Origin: Leucoraja ocellata
Lineage: Eukaryota
DNA length: 64,000 nucleotides
NCBI GenBank assembly: GCA_036785375.1
Contig: JAWMAR010000276.1
Location: 372,001-436,000, forward strand
Reading direction: 5' to 3'
Part shown: positions 1 through 12,545 of the stretch, piece after piece
Position numbering within the stretch: the stretch's first letter is position 1
Layout: each line of letters starts with the position of its first letter
Translations under genes and position numbers: made by a program
The notes under the pieces: generated by a model
Database searches by the model: none
Told to the model about the DNA's origin: nothing
What the model saw: only the letters and a program-made list of their open reading frames with translations

Positions 1-358
1 GCTAGTCCCCTTCAGTTTTCTCTTCAGCCTATAAAAGGCATGCGCAATTGGGTTCAGATCGGGTGATGGACTTGGCCACTCAAGAAGTGACCATTTTTTA
101 GCTTCGAAAAACTCCTTTGTTGCTTTCGCAGTATGTTTGGGATCATTGTCTTGCTGTAGAATGAACTGCCAGCCAATGAGTTTTGAGGCATTTGTTTGAA
201 CTTGAGCAGATACGATGTGTCTATACACTTCGGATTCATTATGCTACTACCATCAGCAGTTGTATTATCAATGAAGGTAAGTGAGCGAGTACCTTAAGCA
301 GCCATACATGCCCAGGCCATAACACCCCCACCACCGTGTTTCACAGATGAGGTGGTGT
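1..358 (-). mobile_element. Tc1-family transposase remnant (C-terminal DDE region), running off the window start
   Basis: Minus-strand translation gives HTTSSVKHGGGGVMAWACMAA and QDNDPKHTAKATKEFFEAKKWSLLEWPSPSPDLNPIAHAF (catalytic E changed to A). Similar to the copy at 48855-49603. Confidence 0.9.
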
Positions 359-770
359 GGCGGCACCTAACGGCAGCGGCTTGACTACAGTCCATCTGTC
401 TTTTTTTTAATTTTTGTCTTGTTGAATGTATGTATGTCCTTTTTTTTGGATTACATTTTTTATTAGAAGTACAATAATACAATGTGTGTTAAATGTATGT
501 CTTGACTCTAGTTTTTATTATTTTTCTTTAGCTGTGTATATGTGGGGGGTGGGGCTGGGGGAAACCATTAGTCTCTTCCCTGTACGCGGACCCGAATTTT
601 TCCCTGTCGGGTCTCCAATGTCGTTGGGCCTAACATCGTGGAGCCGGCGGCGGCCTCTGGCCGGAACCAATCTGAGGGCTCCAGTCGTGGAGCCTGCGGA
701 CCTGACATCACGGAGCTGGCCGTGTTCGGAATGGGAAGAGCTGTGGTGGCGCGCGGCTGGGACCCGACTT
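359..770 (+). mobile_element. GC-rich non-autonomous repeat (family copy A, 3'-truncated) inserted in Tc1
   Basis: GGC-rich head, T-rich tract, G-rich tract and GGCCTAACATC motif, collinear with copies at 34536-35353 and 53407-54137. Confidence 0.6.
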
Positions 771-866
771 CATGTGATATTTTTCTATTACAAATCACAA
801 ATTGGGGAGTACAGAGGCAAATAAATAAATGACGGGTCTTTGTACCAAACATTATGGAGGGCACTG
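771..866. mobile_element. Tc1 terminal inverted repeat
   Basis: Ends ...CCAAACATTATGGAGGGCACTG and closely matches the terminus at 49510-49603 (CAGTG-type Tc1 end). Confidence 0.85.
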
Positions 867-1479
867 TGACTTCTGCTTTAGAATGCACATTATGACACCC
901 CAGAAGAAAAGCTCAGGATGAGATGATAATCTTTGCCATGGAATGATAAAACAGAGAGCAGGACTTTCACAACTAACCATTGAACAAGGCTTACTGGGAT
1001 AAATTATGAGTTGTAAAATAATGTTGATCGCCGGGATGCAAGTAGAAGCCTCCACGTTGCGCATCCCGGGCAATGCTGACGACAGAAACTGCACCACAGT
1101 GACTGACTGAAGTTGCCAATTCTGCAAACACCGACCGTCACTGACCGACCGGAAAGACATGATATAGTAGAGGGCCGGACACGAGGAAGAAGATGATGTT
1201 GTGCACCAAATACACTGCACACCCGCATGATATGGAGTGAAACTAAATAGCATGAACTTGATGTAAAGATCTGCTTATCTGGTTACTGGTAAGAACATTC
1301 ACTATCTTTGGAAGCAAATAGGGGGAAAAGAAATTGCCCAGGAACAAAACTGCAATTCTGTGGTGGAAAGCTCAATTGCTCATATGCTGGAGGCAGCTCC
1401 AAACTAGCCATGTATTCTACCACCAAAACCAGCCGATGAAAATGCTGCTAATCTAACATTTTATGGGTTAGTTGGAAAA

Positions 1480-2600
1480 TCATTCCAATCATAGTCAAAT
1501 CTTTCCTCTGCCTTCTGTTCACGAGAGAGTCCGAGCTTCTCTAATTGATGTTGTGTCTGTAGTTGCTATCCAAGGAACCACACTCGTAGATTTTCCCTTG
1601 ACGACCTCCAACACTCTCACATCTTTCAAATAATGTGGCAACCAGAATTGAACACGATACTCAAATTGAGGCAGGATCAGTGTTTTAGAATGGCCCAGCA
1701 GGACGTTCCTGAGTTTAATCTGTATGCCTCAAATGGTAAGCCCAAAACTGTGTCTGGCTCAATGACTGCTTTCTCAACCTGCCCTGCCATTTTCAATGAT
1801 CTGGGCATGTTTCCAAGTCACTCTGCTCCTATACCCACTTTGGAACAGTATTCTTTATTTTACAATCTATCCTCATTCTTCCCACCAAAATGTAACACCT
1901 CACATTTCTCCACACGTTTGCCCATTCACCAAACTTTCGATATCCTTTTGCAGTTTCAGTGTTGTCCATGCAGTTCATAATATTTCAAGTTTCATGTTAT
2001 CTGCGAATTATCAATTATAGTATTCACTAACAAGTCCAATATTAATATTGGTCAAAAAAAGCAATGCTCCCAAAAACAATCCCTAGAACTGCCAGGGATC
2101 TTTATCCAATTCAAAAACAATCATATACCATGACTTCTGTTGCATTTACTTTGATAACTTTATATTGTGCTATGTGCTTCAAATTTGATGATAAGCTTGT
2201 TAGATGGCATCTTATCAAAAGTCTTCTAAAAATCCATGTGCACCACATTAACATTATAAATTCTCTTACCTCATCAAAAAGTTCCTTTAAATTAGCTAAA
2301 CCTGATTTGCCCTCAACTAGTCTGTGCAGTCCTGTCTTAATTAATTCATTTTCCTTCAGGTGACTATCAAGCCTGATCCAGATCAATGTCTCCAAACAAT
2401 TTCTCCCATTGAAGACAGCCTCTAGTTGTTGGGTTTGTTCTTATTCCCTTTTGTGTACTTCAAAGTGACCTTTGCTAACTTCAGTCTCGGGTACGATCAC
2501 CATGTCCACATTGCATGTCAGTGAGCCTCTGATTCTCCCTCAAAATCCTAGATTTCATCCTATCTGATCCCGGTGACATCCCGACTTTCAGTTTTGCCAA
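1480..2600 (-). mobile_element. Old CR1 LINE reverse-transcriptase fragment
   Basis: Minus-strand PQFEYRVQFWLPH near 1630-1672 (LEYCVQFWSP-like). ORF 2111-2395 HLKENELIKTGLHRLVEGKSGLANLKELFDEV resembles CR1 HGF.KGKSCLTNL. Confidence 0.75.
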
Positions 2601-3119
2601 ATATCCTTAAACCTCCACGCTATCAATTATATCAGCTGTTGAGGGTTACGAAACTTCATTTAAAAATAAGCAAAGTTTTGATTTAATTTTACGTACAAGA
2701 ATTTATTCTCCATTCCTTTCTTTTCGAAGGAAATATTTTCTGCAAATCATTTTCCTTTTATAAAAAGATATTGTGTTAAGTCTCTGCAGGCCCACACACA
2801 ATATACTTTTACTTCTCTGGCAGATCAAAAAAATAAAAGAATACTGTAATGCATTTTAAATGACTTGGGGATGAGAAAGCACTGTTCTTTGTACTGCAAC
2901 CTGCCAGTGCTTGTATAGAGAATACCAGTATCCTCTTAAGTCCTATCTCAATAGCTGCAATGGTTTAATTGGCCTCAACAACTATGGACTACAGAAGGGC
3001 TTGTGGGAGGAATTGTGAAACTGTGCAGCATGAAGAAGAAAAACAAGATAAGATCAGAAAGAGTGCAGACAGATGACCGTTTTAGGTATAAACACTTCAG
3101 GCTACCAGATATGGAAGAA

Positions 3120-3589
3120 AATTGCAGATGCATTGAACATATTTTCCAATGCTCTCTAAATCTGGGAATTTTGACATGATTATATAATTGCGAATGTGTA
3201 GTTGAGGAATAGAGGGAAGGACAAACCTGGTAATGTCAAGCTGGTTCAGTTTTAGTTATTGTAAGATTATGAGAATGGATTATCTAGGACATGGTCAATG
3301 GCCATTTGCAGCTCAGAGTCAATAAAGATTATAAAAAGATATAAATCTGGTTAAGACAGGAAAGGGAATTGCAGATGTATTGACTATATTTTCCAACATT
3401 CTCTAAATCTGGGAATTTTGACAGGATTATTTAATTGTGAATGTGCAGTTGAGGAATAGAGTGAAGGCAAAACCTTCAGTTTTATTTATTGTAAGATTAC
3501 GAGAATGGGTTATCCAGGACATAGTCAATGGCCATTTGAAGCTCAGAGAGAGTCAATGAAGATTAAAAAAACGATATATATCTGATTAA
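3120..3589 (+). repeat. Diverged tandem duplication of a ~235 bp unit (3120-3354 and 3367-3589)
   Basis: Both units read AATTGCAGATG...TCTCTAAATCTGGGAATTTTGACA...GTCAATGGCCATTTG...ATCTG(G/A)TTAA. Confidence 0.9.
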
Positions 3590-3829
3590 TCCAGTTTAGA
3601 ATTTTTTAAAAGATTTCAAAAATTGGCCTGGGGGAGTTTCCATGTTGTTATCTCTATGCAGTTCCGAAAGGCTTTCAGTAACATCTGGACAAGAGAAGAA
3701 TTGAATATATAAAAGGCCATAACAATATGATATAAAAATAAATGGATTAGAGGCAAGCTTGGGTGATGCAGACGTTTTTGTTTTTTTTTAAACAGGCATT
3801 AATGTCTTTGATGACATATTAAATTCAAA

Positions 3830-4068
3830 TTCACCCATGCACTGACTACACCGCCCAACACGGACTTCCATCTGTATATATGTGTATATAAATGTAGCTC
3901 CGCAGAATTTGTGCACCTATTCCCCCCCCCCCATCTCCCTTCTGTTTTTTGTTTTTCTGTCTCTTGTTTTTTGTGCTAAATTGTATGTATGCACTGAGTA
4001 CGAGCAGCTTTCAGTTTCACTGTACATGTATAGTGACAATAAATGGCATATCTATATCTATCTATCAT
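3830..4068 (+). mobile_element. Rex1/Babar-like LINE 3' end
   Basis: TTTCACTGTACATGTATAGTGACAATAAA followed by a (TATC)-type microsatellite tail. Confidence 0.55.
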
Positions 4069-7000
4069 ATTTGAAAATTACATTAAGTTGTGTAGGCGGG
4101 AGCAGAAAGTTTTAAAAGGTCACAGCAGTGTAGGCAAGATTGCAATTTGTGTGGAATTATTAGACACCAGGCTGCATAATCCTGTCGTATATTCATGGGT
4201 TTAGAAGGTTGATGGGAAATCTAATTGAGATATTTAAAAAGTAAGAATCTAACACAATCAATACAAACAATTACTTCTTATCATTGGGGAATGTAAAACA
4301 AGGATGGAGGTGGCGGGGAGCACTGCTTTAAAATTAAATAAATGGAGCTAATTTATGAGTAAAATCACAAAGCAGCTTATCCATACAAAACCTAGTTGGA
4401 ATTTGGAACTTATTTCCTCACAGATTGTGGATCAATAACATTGTTTTAAGACAAGGAATAAAGGCAGTCATTTGTTTCCGTTCTTAGACTGATGGAAAGA
4501 CTACGTTAAATGTTATTGTTTTTCACCTTCAAATAATGAACAACTTGATATTTGCAAATTTGTTTTGTATTACGACCAACAAATTCAGAATATTTTTAAG
4601 TGAGATTATCCCAAGATTCTGATTCTGTGATTCCTGTGTGCCAATTTCCTTGTTTATATTAAATGATGAAGCCATTACAGATGGAAATTGGGCAAAAAGC
4701 TGGAAGCTGTGCAAATCGCACCTTCAGTGACTACTGGAGATCAGGAGATAAAGAGCAGAGTACATAATCAACCAGGGGACCAAATGCCTGCTGCTCATGG
4801 AATTTAAACAATATTCAAGTTGCTGTAACTGGAAATATAGTCTCAGGATTCCAATAAACTGAATGAGATGAAGAAACACATCCAGGGCTTTTAAATGGTC
4901 TCTATTAAGCACAGGATAGTTGACTGTTTTATGGATGTGCTGCTCATTAATACTGTAGTTGCCTGATATGATTATTTTTATATACATCACCTAGCTCACC
5001 AAGCCATTACCATCCTCAGTACTTTTGCAAGATTTCTAAGGAATGCAGACACTTCAATAAACATTGAAATAATTCTGTTTAAATCACCCATTATTTCTGT
5101 GCTACAGTGAACCTTTAACGAGTGCTGCTATTCATCTTCTTTAGCTTCCTCACAAACATATCCCAAGATTTGGCCCAGTTGAATTGGTCCATAGCTGGGC
5201 TATCCCAACCAGACGCACTGCCTCCTCACCTTCTTGCCTGCCAGGAAAATCTGGCGAACAAGCTTTCAATTGCAATTCAAGTGTGACCAATCCAATGTAA
5301 AAGTGTTTCATGCTTCAAGTTTCTCTCAAAGTTTGGAAGCAAAAAGAGGGAAAAATCAATTCCCAATCTGCACCAAGAACATGCAACAGAAGCAACACAT
5401 GTTTCACCCAGGCCTCTGGTTTCAGCATTTTTAAAGTAACTCCCAATAATGTGGGCAAATGTTTGGTCATCTTTTACACTGAAACTGTAGATCCATACTC
5501 ATTGAGAAAAGACACAAATTGAAGTGTCGGAGCTAATGGCAATCAACTAAGTGCAGAAGTTGCATTTAGCAATATTGATTTAGGTTACATTAGAGAGAGA
5601 GTGTGGTCGGTAAGGAACAACAAAATGTTGATGTACTGAAATAGCACAAGTTACTGGAGACCACAGAAGTACCAAATGTTCATAGCATGGTTGGATTCAA
5701 CTCGTTGTGTCTGCAGCAGTTCTTTGTTACAGCAATTCAAAACCAATTCCAATTTCTCTCCATAACCTTGTATTTTCCAACATTTCAAATATTTATCCAA
5801 TGCCCCAATTAAAACAAATGCAGTTCTGGTTGACTCAGCCATATCATGTGCCAAAGCATACCATGCTCCATTAATTCTCCACATTAATATATTTCTTATA
5901 TGGGTTGTGTTCTGGTTTACAAGTCTATTTTAACACCATACAGGAGTAGGGAGCAAGAGGAGTGTGTGGAATGACTACCTATTGTATTTACCAAGAGGGA
6001 AACACTTGCCCAGGAAAATTGCTCTGTGTATCTGGTTTAATTTACTTTACAAAAAAACCAATAGTCTCTTAGAAGAGCTTGGCAGGCTGCATTCAGCAGT
6101 TGCACAATGCTGTGACATCTAAATGAAAGCAACTCTAAATATACTAACTATTCCAAATTACATACATGCAAGGATGTTATATGCTTACAAATCTGCACAA
6201 AAGGACATTAGACGTGTATTTAGTAGGTGAAATCAAAATAAGTATCATCAGTGACAAAACAGCATTACTGTTGATGTAAAACATGGGATATTTAAAACAG
6301 CTTAATAACCAATTATAGTGATTTTTGGGGGATTTTTTATGATGTTATAAATATTCCAGTACATTAGTTTTTTCTCGACTCAATCAAATGGCAGCACATT
6401 TGTTAATAATGCAATAATTTAGCCACATCAAACATACAAACATTTAATTAGTAATGACTAAGATAATGGGTGCACAGCACCCGACAGATCATAACAAAAG
6501 ATGTTGATCTCAAGGCATAGACACACTGTTCTGTGCAATATAATACAGGGACTAGGAGTCAAGATTAAACTCAAATTTTACTTCAATTTAACTACAAAAT
6601 TGCCATTTCTGCCTTCAGTGACTTTAGATCCCAATTCTCTTTCTGCGTTTCCAAATCAAGCCATCTTCAATTATAATGCCAAAATTGCAACGTAAAGGAT
6701 TGATTCGATCGTAAATGAGAACGTCTCTTCAAATGATTGATGATACAACGCCACAATTATCAGACCCATCCGCAAACTAATCCGAGTCCAATTACCCAAT
6801 GACTCCACAGGTGAATGTCTAGGAACACCAAATCTAGAACTTGCATTTCAAAAATTTAATAAAACGATGCAAAATAATTCCAGAATAAACAGAAGTATTG
6901 CGACTGCTATTAGCCTTTTAGAATGCTTCAAGATCAAGCACCAACATTACTGGCTGAACATCACACGAGCAGAATAAGCATCTAATGGTAAAATGGTTTA

Positions 7001-8184
7001 CCACAGAATTTTCCTACAGAGAACTACAATTCTCTACCCAATTTATTGACAGACTCCAGAGGGAAAAATACAATTCCCAGTCACACTTTCCTATTTAACA
7101 AGCTTGCAAACAACCTAATGTACAATTTCACAATCACTGGTCAAGTTCGGAGGTTTCTCATCTATGTGTTGCAATAAAAAATGCTCAACACCGTAAATGA
7201 GATTTACTGCATCTGCTACAGCCAGCGTGCATTCATGCTTCCAACAAAGCGGGCCCTGAGTAATTGTAGACTTTCGTGTTCACAAAACAAAGATGTATGA
7301 AAAGCTCCCAGGCATCCCTTTCTAATTGTTTTCTTGCTCTTTAATCACAACTTAAAACAGTAACCAATATAACACCATTCACACATCGGGATAAAGTTGA
7401 AATTGGTATCAGCACCTGCTCTGACATACGACTTTAATGGAGGTAAACAAAAATCGTACACAAAAAAAAATTAAAGAAAATTTGCACCTCTTGCTGATCT
7501 CTTCAAAACTGAAGCACTGTCTCTGCTGCAACACATCAGTGAAACTGCCTTTGATGCTTTACTCCAAATACAATTTCATTCGGATGTTATTCAACTCAGT
7601 CTCTTCTTAGTATCCCTCATTCTCAGAGTAGCAAATGGATGTTTGAATGACTATACATTAGCCCAATGCAACCCTGTATTTTGAGATGAAACAGTGGACG
7701 CTTTCATCTCTTGATGAATTTTAGTACGTAGAATAAATTCCTGAAGGACGTGTATCGAGTTTGTTATAGGGAACATCTCTTTCCAAACTGAGCGATAAAT
7801 AACTGGCGTGTGAGTACCTGCTGTTGAACTCCACATCCAATGCTGGGCTCAAAGATTTTGAATCAAATGATTCTTGATGGATGAGAATAAGATGCGTTTC
7901 ACCACCCAATCTTCCATCCATGTAAAGGCCTCAAACCCTGCTGTTCTAGCCCATTATTTCTTCCTCTCACAATTACCTAGCTTTCTTTTAAATGTGCCTG
8001 TGCTAGTCATCTCAAGTTCTCCAGTATTTCCACACGCAATTTTTGAGGATTCCTAAATTTATTTCCTCCATTTCTGGTAACCAAGTCTAAAGGCTATGGG
8101 CCCCAAACACTGACATTGTGAAATCCCCTTACTTTCTGGTCACATTTCCTACTTTATGATGTACCTTAAAATCTTCATTTGAAA

Positions 8185-8370
8185 CATAGAGCACCAGGAA
8201 ATAGGAGCAATAGACCATTCAGAATGGCTGAGCTTCTGTAGTACAGTCTTGCTCCTGGCACATTGTCTTTGAAACCTTTCGAATCTAGAAATCTCTCTCT
8301 CTATTTTTCAGTGACTTGGCCTGCAAACTACAATGTGGTAGAGAATTGCCCAGGGCCACCAGCCTTTGAT
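8185..8370 (-). mobile_element. Old CR1-like 3' end remnant
   Basis: GAAATAGGAGCA...ACCATTCAG and GTGACTTGGCC...GTGGTAGAGAATT motifs, similar to 34410-34525 and 36555-36760. Confidence 0.45.
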
Positions 8371-8944
8371 AATGTTCCTGTTAAGTTCTTTGGAACATTT
8401 TGCAACATTAAGAGCATAATATAAGTAAGTCGATACTGCTATTTCTTTCAAGACACGACTGGATTTATTTGTGACAATTTTCTACTTAATTAAAAATGAA
8501 ATTTCACTCCACTGCAGTGTTCCACAAGTTTAACCTTCACCAAAACATGTACAATGTGTCTCCCGACTTTCACCCCATATATTGTTCCCTCAAGTAGAAA
8601 CTCGGAAATGTCATAAAAATGCATCATATGTAGAAACTAGTCTTTGTTAATTACAAAACACTCCATCTACATATGGACGAATTGTATTTTATCAGTTTCT
8701 TTCATAAAGATGCTACAAAGGAAATGTGCAAAGATGGTCAAAAGCAAAATATGAGCAAGGCCGATAAATTGATATAAAACAGACCAGGTTGGAAATGGGC
8801 AGCTGATCACATTGCATTGTGGAAAGAGAAAGAGCTCTTGCTTCATCTTGATGGCTTTTCATTGGTTTTGCTCTCCACATACGCTGTCTGACCTGATGAC
8901 TATTTCCAGCTTCTCTATTTACTTCAGCCTTCCAGCAACTACAC

Positions 8945-9041
8945 TACACTAACGTTAGTACCTCCACCAATGTAAAGCACTTTGGCCAACGAGAGTTGCT
9001 TTTTAAATGTGCGATATAAATAAAAGTGACTTGACTTGACT
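8945..9041 (+). mobile_element. L2-type LINE 3' tail inserted in an old pLTR-like remnant
   Basis: TGTAAAGCACTTTG...GATATAAATAAAAG followed by (TGACT)3, flanked by ACTACAC on both sides. Confidence 0.55.
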
Positions 9042-9846
9042 ACACCATTTTGCATTCAGACTGAATTACTACATGCAACAACACATGCTTATTTAATGCT
9101 GTTAAACACGGATTTTGATGCAACCTATACCTAGCTTCCTGCCATATAGTAGCATTTTGCTTTCAGACCTTTTGAATGTGGGTAAGGTGACAAGAGGCAG
9201 TGACCCTTCAATGCTAAGCTGAACATTTGGCTGCTCAAGAATGCATCACATGTGCTGCTAAAACATGTCCAACAGAAAGTCGTTAGAGTGATCAGAACCT
9301 AGGAATCTTGATTTAATTGGTCCTTGCTTACTGAATCTTGCTTACTGAATGGGAGGAAAGTCCACTGTAACTAGCTAGTTAATCTGAAAAATACAAGATC
9401 TTTGGTATGCAAAACTCAGACATCAGAGTTTATTGCTGCTGTTAAACAAGGATTTGGTACATTCCACACCCATCTTACTGCATATAATAGTATGATAATC
9501 ATTATTATTTTTGACAAAAGGTAATATAAATAACCACATAAGCCATTGCTTCTAATGCTTCAAAACTAAACCATTGCACATTCCTACAAACCTTAATCAT
9601 AAGACACTGAAATAAACTACCTAGACGCAGTTGAATTTACTGATACCATCCATAACTTCAATTTCTCCAGGCATTACAACCTACACCTTTATTACCTTTG
9701 TTTGTAGCAGTTAGGTCTAGACCAATATTTTATCATCAGAAAGACTACATTAAGAAACAGAACAGAGTTGTTTTTACAGTCAGCAGGTCAACTATTAAAA
9801 CGCATTACAGAACTGGGAATTGCTACCTGATGTCACCTTGAAAAAT

Positions 9847-10296
9847 GTTTAAGAAGGAACTGCAGATGCTGGAAAAATCGAAACTAGGCTCGGTGACCGC
9901 TTGGCCCAACATCTCTGCTCAGTCTGTACTAACCAACCTGATCTCCTGTTTGCCCAGCACTTCAACTCCACCTCCCATTCTGAAGCTGACCTTTCTGTCC
10001 TGGGCCTCATCGATTGCCAGAGAGAACAATGCCTCATATTTCGCTTTGGTAGTTTACACCCCAGTGGTAAGAACATTGACTTCTCTAATTTCAGGTAGTC
10101 CTTGCTTTCTCCCTCCTTCATTTCCCCCTTCACAGCTCTCCCACATAGCCTACAGTCTCCGCCTCTTCCTTTTTTTCTCCCACCCACACCGACATCAGTC
10201 TGAAGAAGGGTTTCAACACGAAACGTCGCCTACTCCTTTTCTCCATAGATGCTGCCTCACCCGCTGAGTTTCTCCAGCATTTATTGCCTACTTTCC
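9847..10296 (+). mobile_element. Penelope-like element 3' fragment: inverted pLTR piece, GIY-YIG C-terminus and pLTR with hammerhead motif
   Basis: Translation DLLFAQHFNSTSHSEADLSVLGL...EQCLIFRFGSLHPSGKNIDFSNF matches 61850-62160. 11-bp TSD CCTTGAAAAAT at 9836-9846 and 10297-10307. Confidence 0.85.
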
Positions 10297-10325
10297 CCTT
10301 GAAAAATAGTCCCTTTTGTCAAGAA

Positions 10326-10514
10326 GTGTAAGAAGGAACTGCAGATGCTGGTTTAAACCGAAAGCAGACAAAATGTGTAAGAAGGAACTGCAGATGCTGG
10401 TTTAAACCAAAGGTAGGGTCTGAAGAAGTGTCTCGACTTGAAACGTCACCCCTTCCTTCTCTCCAGCGATGCTGCCTGTCCCGCTGAGTTACTCCAGCTT
10501 TTTGTGTTTATCTT
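10326..10514. mobile_element. Fold-back Penelope pLTR-only insertion
   Basis: Two antisense pLTR ends (GAAGGAACTGCAGATGCTGGTTTAAACC) followed by a sense pLTR. 14-bp TSD CCTTTTGTCAAGAA at 10312-10325 and 10515-10528. Confidence 0.85.
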
Positions 10515-10589
10515 CCTTTTGTCAAGAAAGCAGAGCCCACAGTCCATTCTCTATTTCCCTTCACGGAAAAGGGTTCTGGTTAAATGCAT

Positions 10590-10888
10590 TACAAAGAGGA
10601 CATGACTTCAGAATTAAGGGACAGAAGTTTAGGGGTAACATGAGGGGGGACTTCTTTACTCAGAGAGTGGTAGCGGTGTGGAATGAGCTTACAGTGGAAG
10701 TGGTGGAGGCAGGTTTGTTGGTATAATTTAAAAATAAATTGGATAAGCATATGGATGAGAAGGGAATGGAGGGTTATGGTATGAGTGCAGGCAGGTGGGA
10801 CTAAGGGAAAAAAGTTGTTCGGCACAGACTTGTAGGGCCGAGATGGCCTGTTTCCGTGCTGTAATTGTTATATGGTTATATGGTTAAA
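10590..10888 (+). mobile_element. CR1 LINE 3' end (relatively young)
   Basis: Encodes RGHDFRIKGQKFRGNMRGDFFTQRVVAVWNEL. Ends GGGCCGAGATGGCCTGTTTCCGTGCTGTA plus an (ATATGGTT) tail. Confidence 0.85.
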
Positions 10889-11539
10889 GCTATGAAATCA
10901 ATTGTTACTCTACATTTGCCATTCCTTATCTGTGCATCAGGCATGAAAGAAAAAAGTATTTACCTCCTGTTGCTCTATTCACCTCAGGCTGAAGAGAATA
11001 CAAACTGAAAACTCTAAAAGAAGTGACCTCCACAATTATCATCTATGTTAGTCCCTGAACATTAAATAAGGCAAGAAGAGGTTTTCATTAAATGTACTCT
11101 CATTCTCTATCTATGTTCACCTTACTGTTGACAGGCTATGACCCAACTTACACTGTGGATCTTGATATATATGTAGAGTACAAGCGTTCTGCAGGACTGT
11201 TTTACTACTATGGACCTTAGATGTCAAATTCACTAAAGTCTGAACTATCTTTAATTTTCTTTGGCTTTCCTTTCATTTGGCTATGAAAAGTTCACTTGGA
11301 AACAGACAAACACAACAATTAAGACCATTCAAAGCTCCTGATTCAAACTCTCCTACGCTATTTTCAATCACGTTTTACTGTTTACTTTCCTGCGGCAAGC
11401 AATATGCTGCCTGTTGGCATTTTAGATGACACTGAATATTTCTTAGAAGAAACTTGCTCTCTGGATATTCTTAACGCTATTAATGACAAGCGTATTTAAC
11501 AAGCCTCAGCCCACGTTTACACTTTTTTGAGGACTGTGC

Positions 11540-11780
11540 CAGTGGTGGCTCAATGGTAACAGTCTTGCCTGTGAGTCAGCAAGCTCCACAACTTGAGGAT
11601 CCACAAGGCCAAACACTGCAGCATCGGGTTAAGTGCTGCAAAGTTAGAAGTATTGCTATTTGGATGAGATATCATCTCTAAAACCCTATTTTCCCTTTCA
11701 TATGCACATAAAAGATCTAAAGGCACAACAATAAATCTTCAAAACTCTGCTGTCCTGGTTTAGAAATCCCTATGGTTTAA
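11540..11780 (+). mobile_element. Ancient Deu-domain-type (SacSINE-like) SINE remnant
   Basis: tRNA-like head GGCTCAATGGTAACAGTCTTGCCTGTGAGTCAG, then GTGCTGCA...GGATGAGA...TAAAAGATC...GGCAC...TGTCCTGG, as I recall the DeuSINE core. Confidence 0.5.
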
Positions 11781-12359
11781 CATCTGACTCCCTGGTTTTG
11801 TTCCTGATGCTCCTTCTAAACTCGCCTGGTACTTTGGAAAAAAATATGCCACTGGGCAACGTGTAAAAAAGTTAATTAAAACTGAGTTAGGTACAACATC
11901 CAATAATTCGGATAATCTGTAAACCCTACATCACCTTTCAATTCAACATTATCCATGTCTCTTCACTAAAAAATATAGATTTTTAATCAATATTTGATGA
12001 GTAGTAAATGGCACCAAACATTGCAACCAGGTGCAAATAGCCTCATGATGGATGGGAGATTGTCAATGATGCCAACTAAACATTGCCTGGCCTTTTGTAC
12101 TTCTCTGAGGAAATTCTACAACAATGTTATTTGGCTGAGACTATTGTTCCACAACAATGACTCTCATCTTTCTTTTACAGATTCCGGTCACATTCCCTCT
12201 TGATTTTTAGACCTCAATTCTACTGAGGCCCTTTGATACCATGGTCAAATATGGTTTTGATATCAACGGTAATCACTCTCTCTCAAAAAATCATCTCAGT
12301 TGTCCACATGGGCACCACAATTGCAATGGGGCATGGAGACAAATGAACTGACTTTAATT

Positions 12360-12545
12360 AGCACGGAAATGAAAAACCTGCTGGAATTTGGAACACCAAC
12401 AGAGATGCTGGAAGTGCTCAACTGTTCAAGAAGCACCTGTGGAATGAGAAACCAGTTAAATCCTGAGTAATGGTCCCGACCCAAAACATGAACTGGCTTC
12501 TCCAAAAATGGTGCTTGACTGGCAGTTTTTTCCAGTGTTCTGGTA
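12360..12545. mobile_element. Old fold-back pLTR-like remnant
   Basis: Antisense TGCTGGAA...GATGCTGGAAGTGCTCA followed by sense GGTCCCGACCCAAAACATG...TTTCCAGTGTT. Confidence 0.4.

Larger units (their letters stand above)
3060..4450 (+). mobile_element. Highly decayed CR1 LINE with internal tandem duplication and a nested Rex1-like tail
   Basis: Degenerate EIADAL..IFQ..L.SG, KPGN and F.KAF segments. CR1-like 3' region at 4190-4440. Confidence 0.55.

Noticed and set aside
852-1253. 133-aa minus-strand ORF
   Set aside because: No recognisable domain, ends inside the Tc1 TIR, no convincing splice context.
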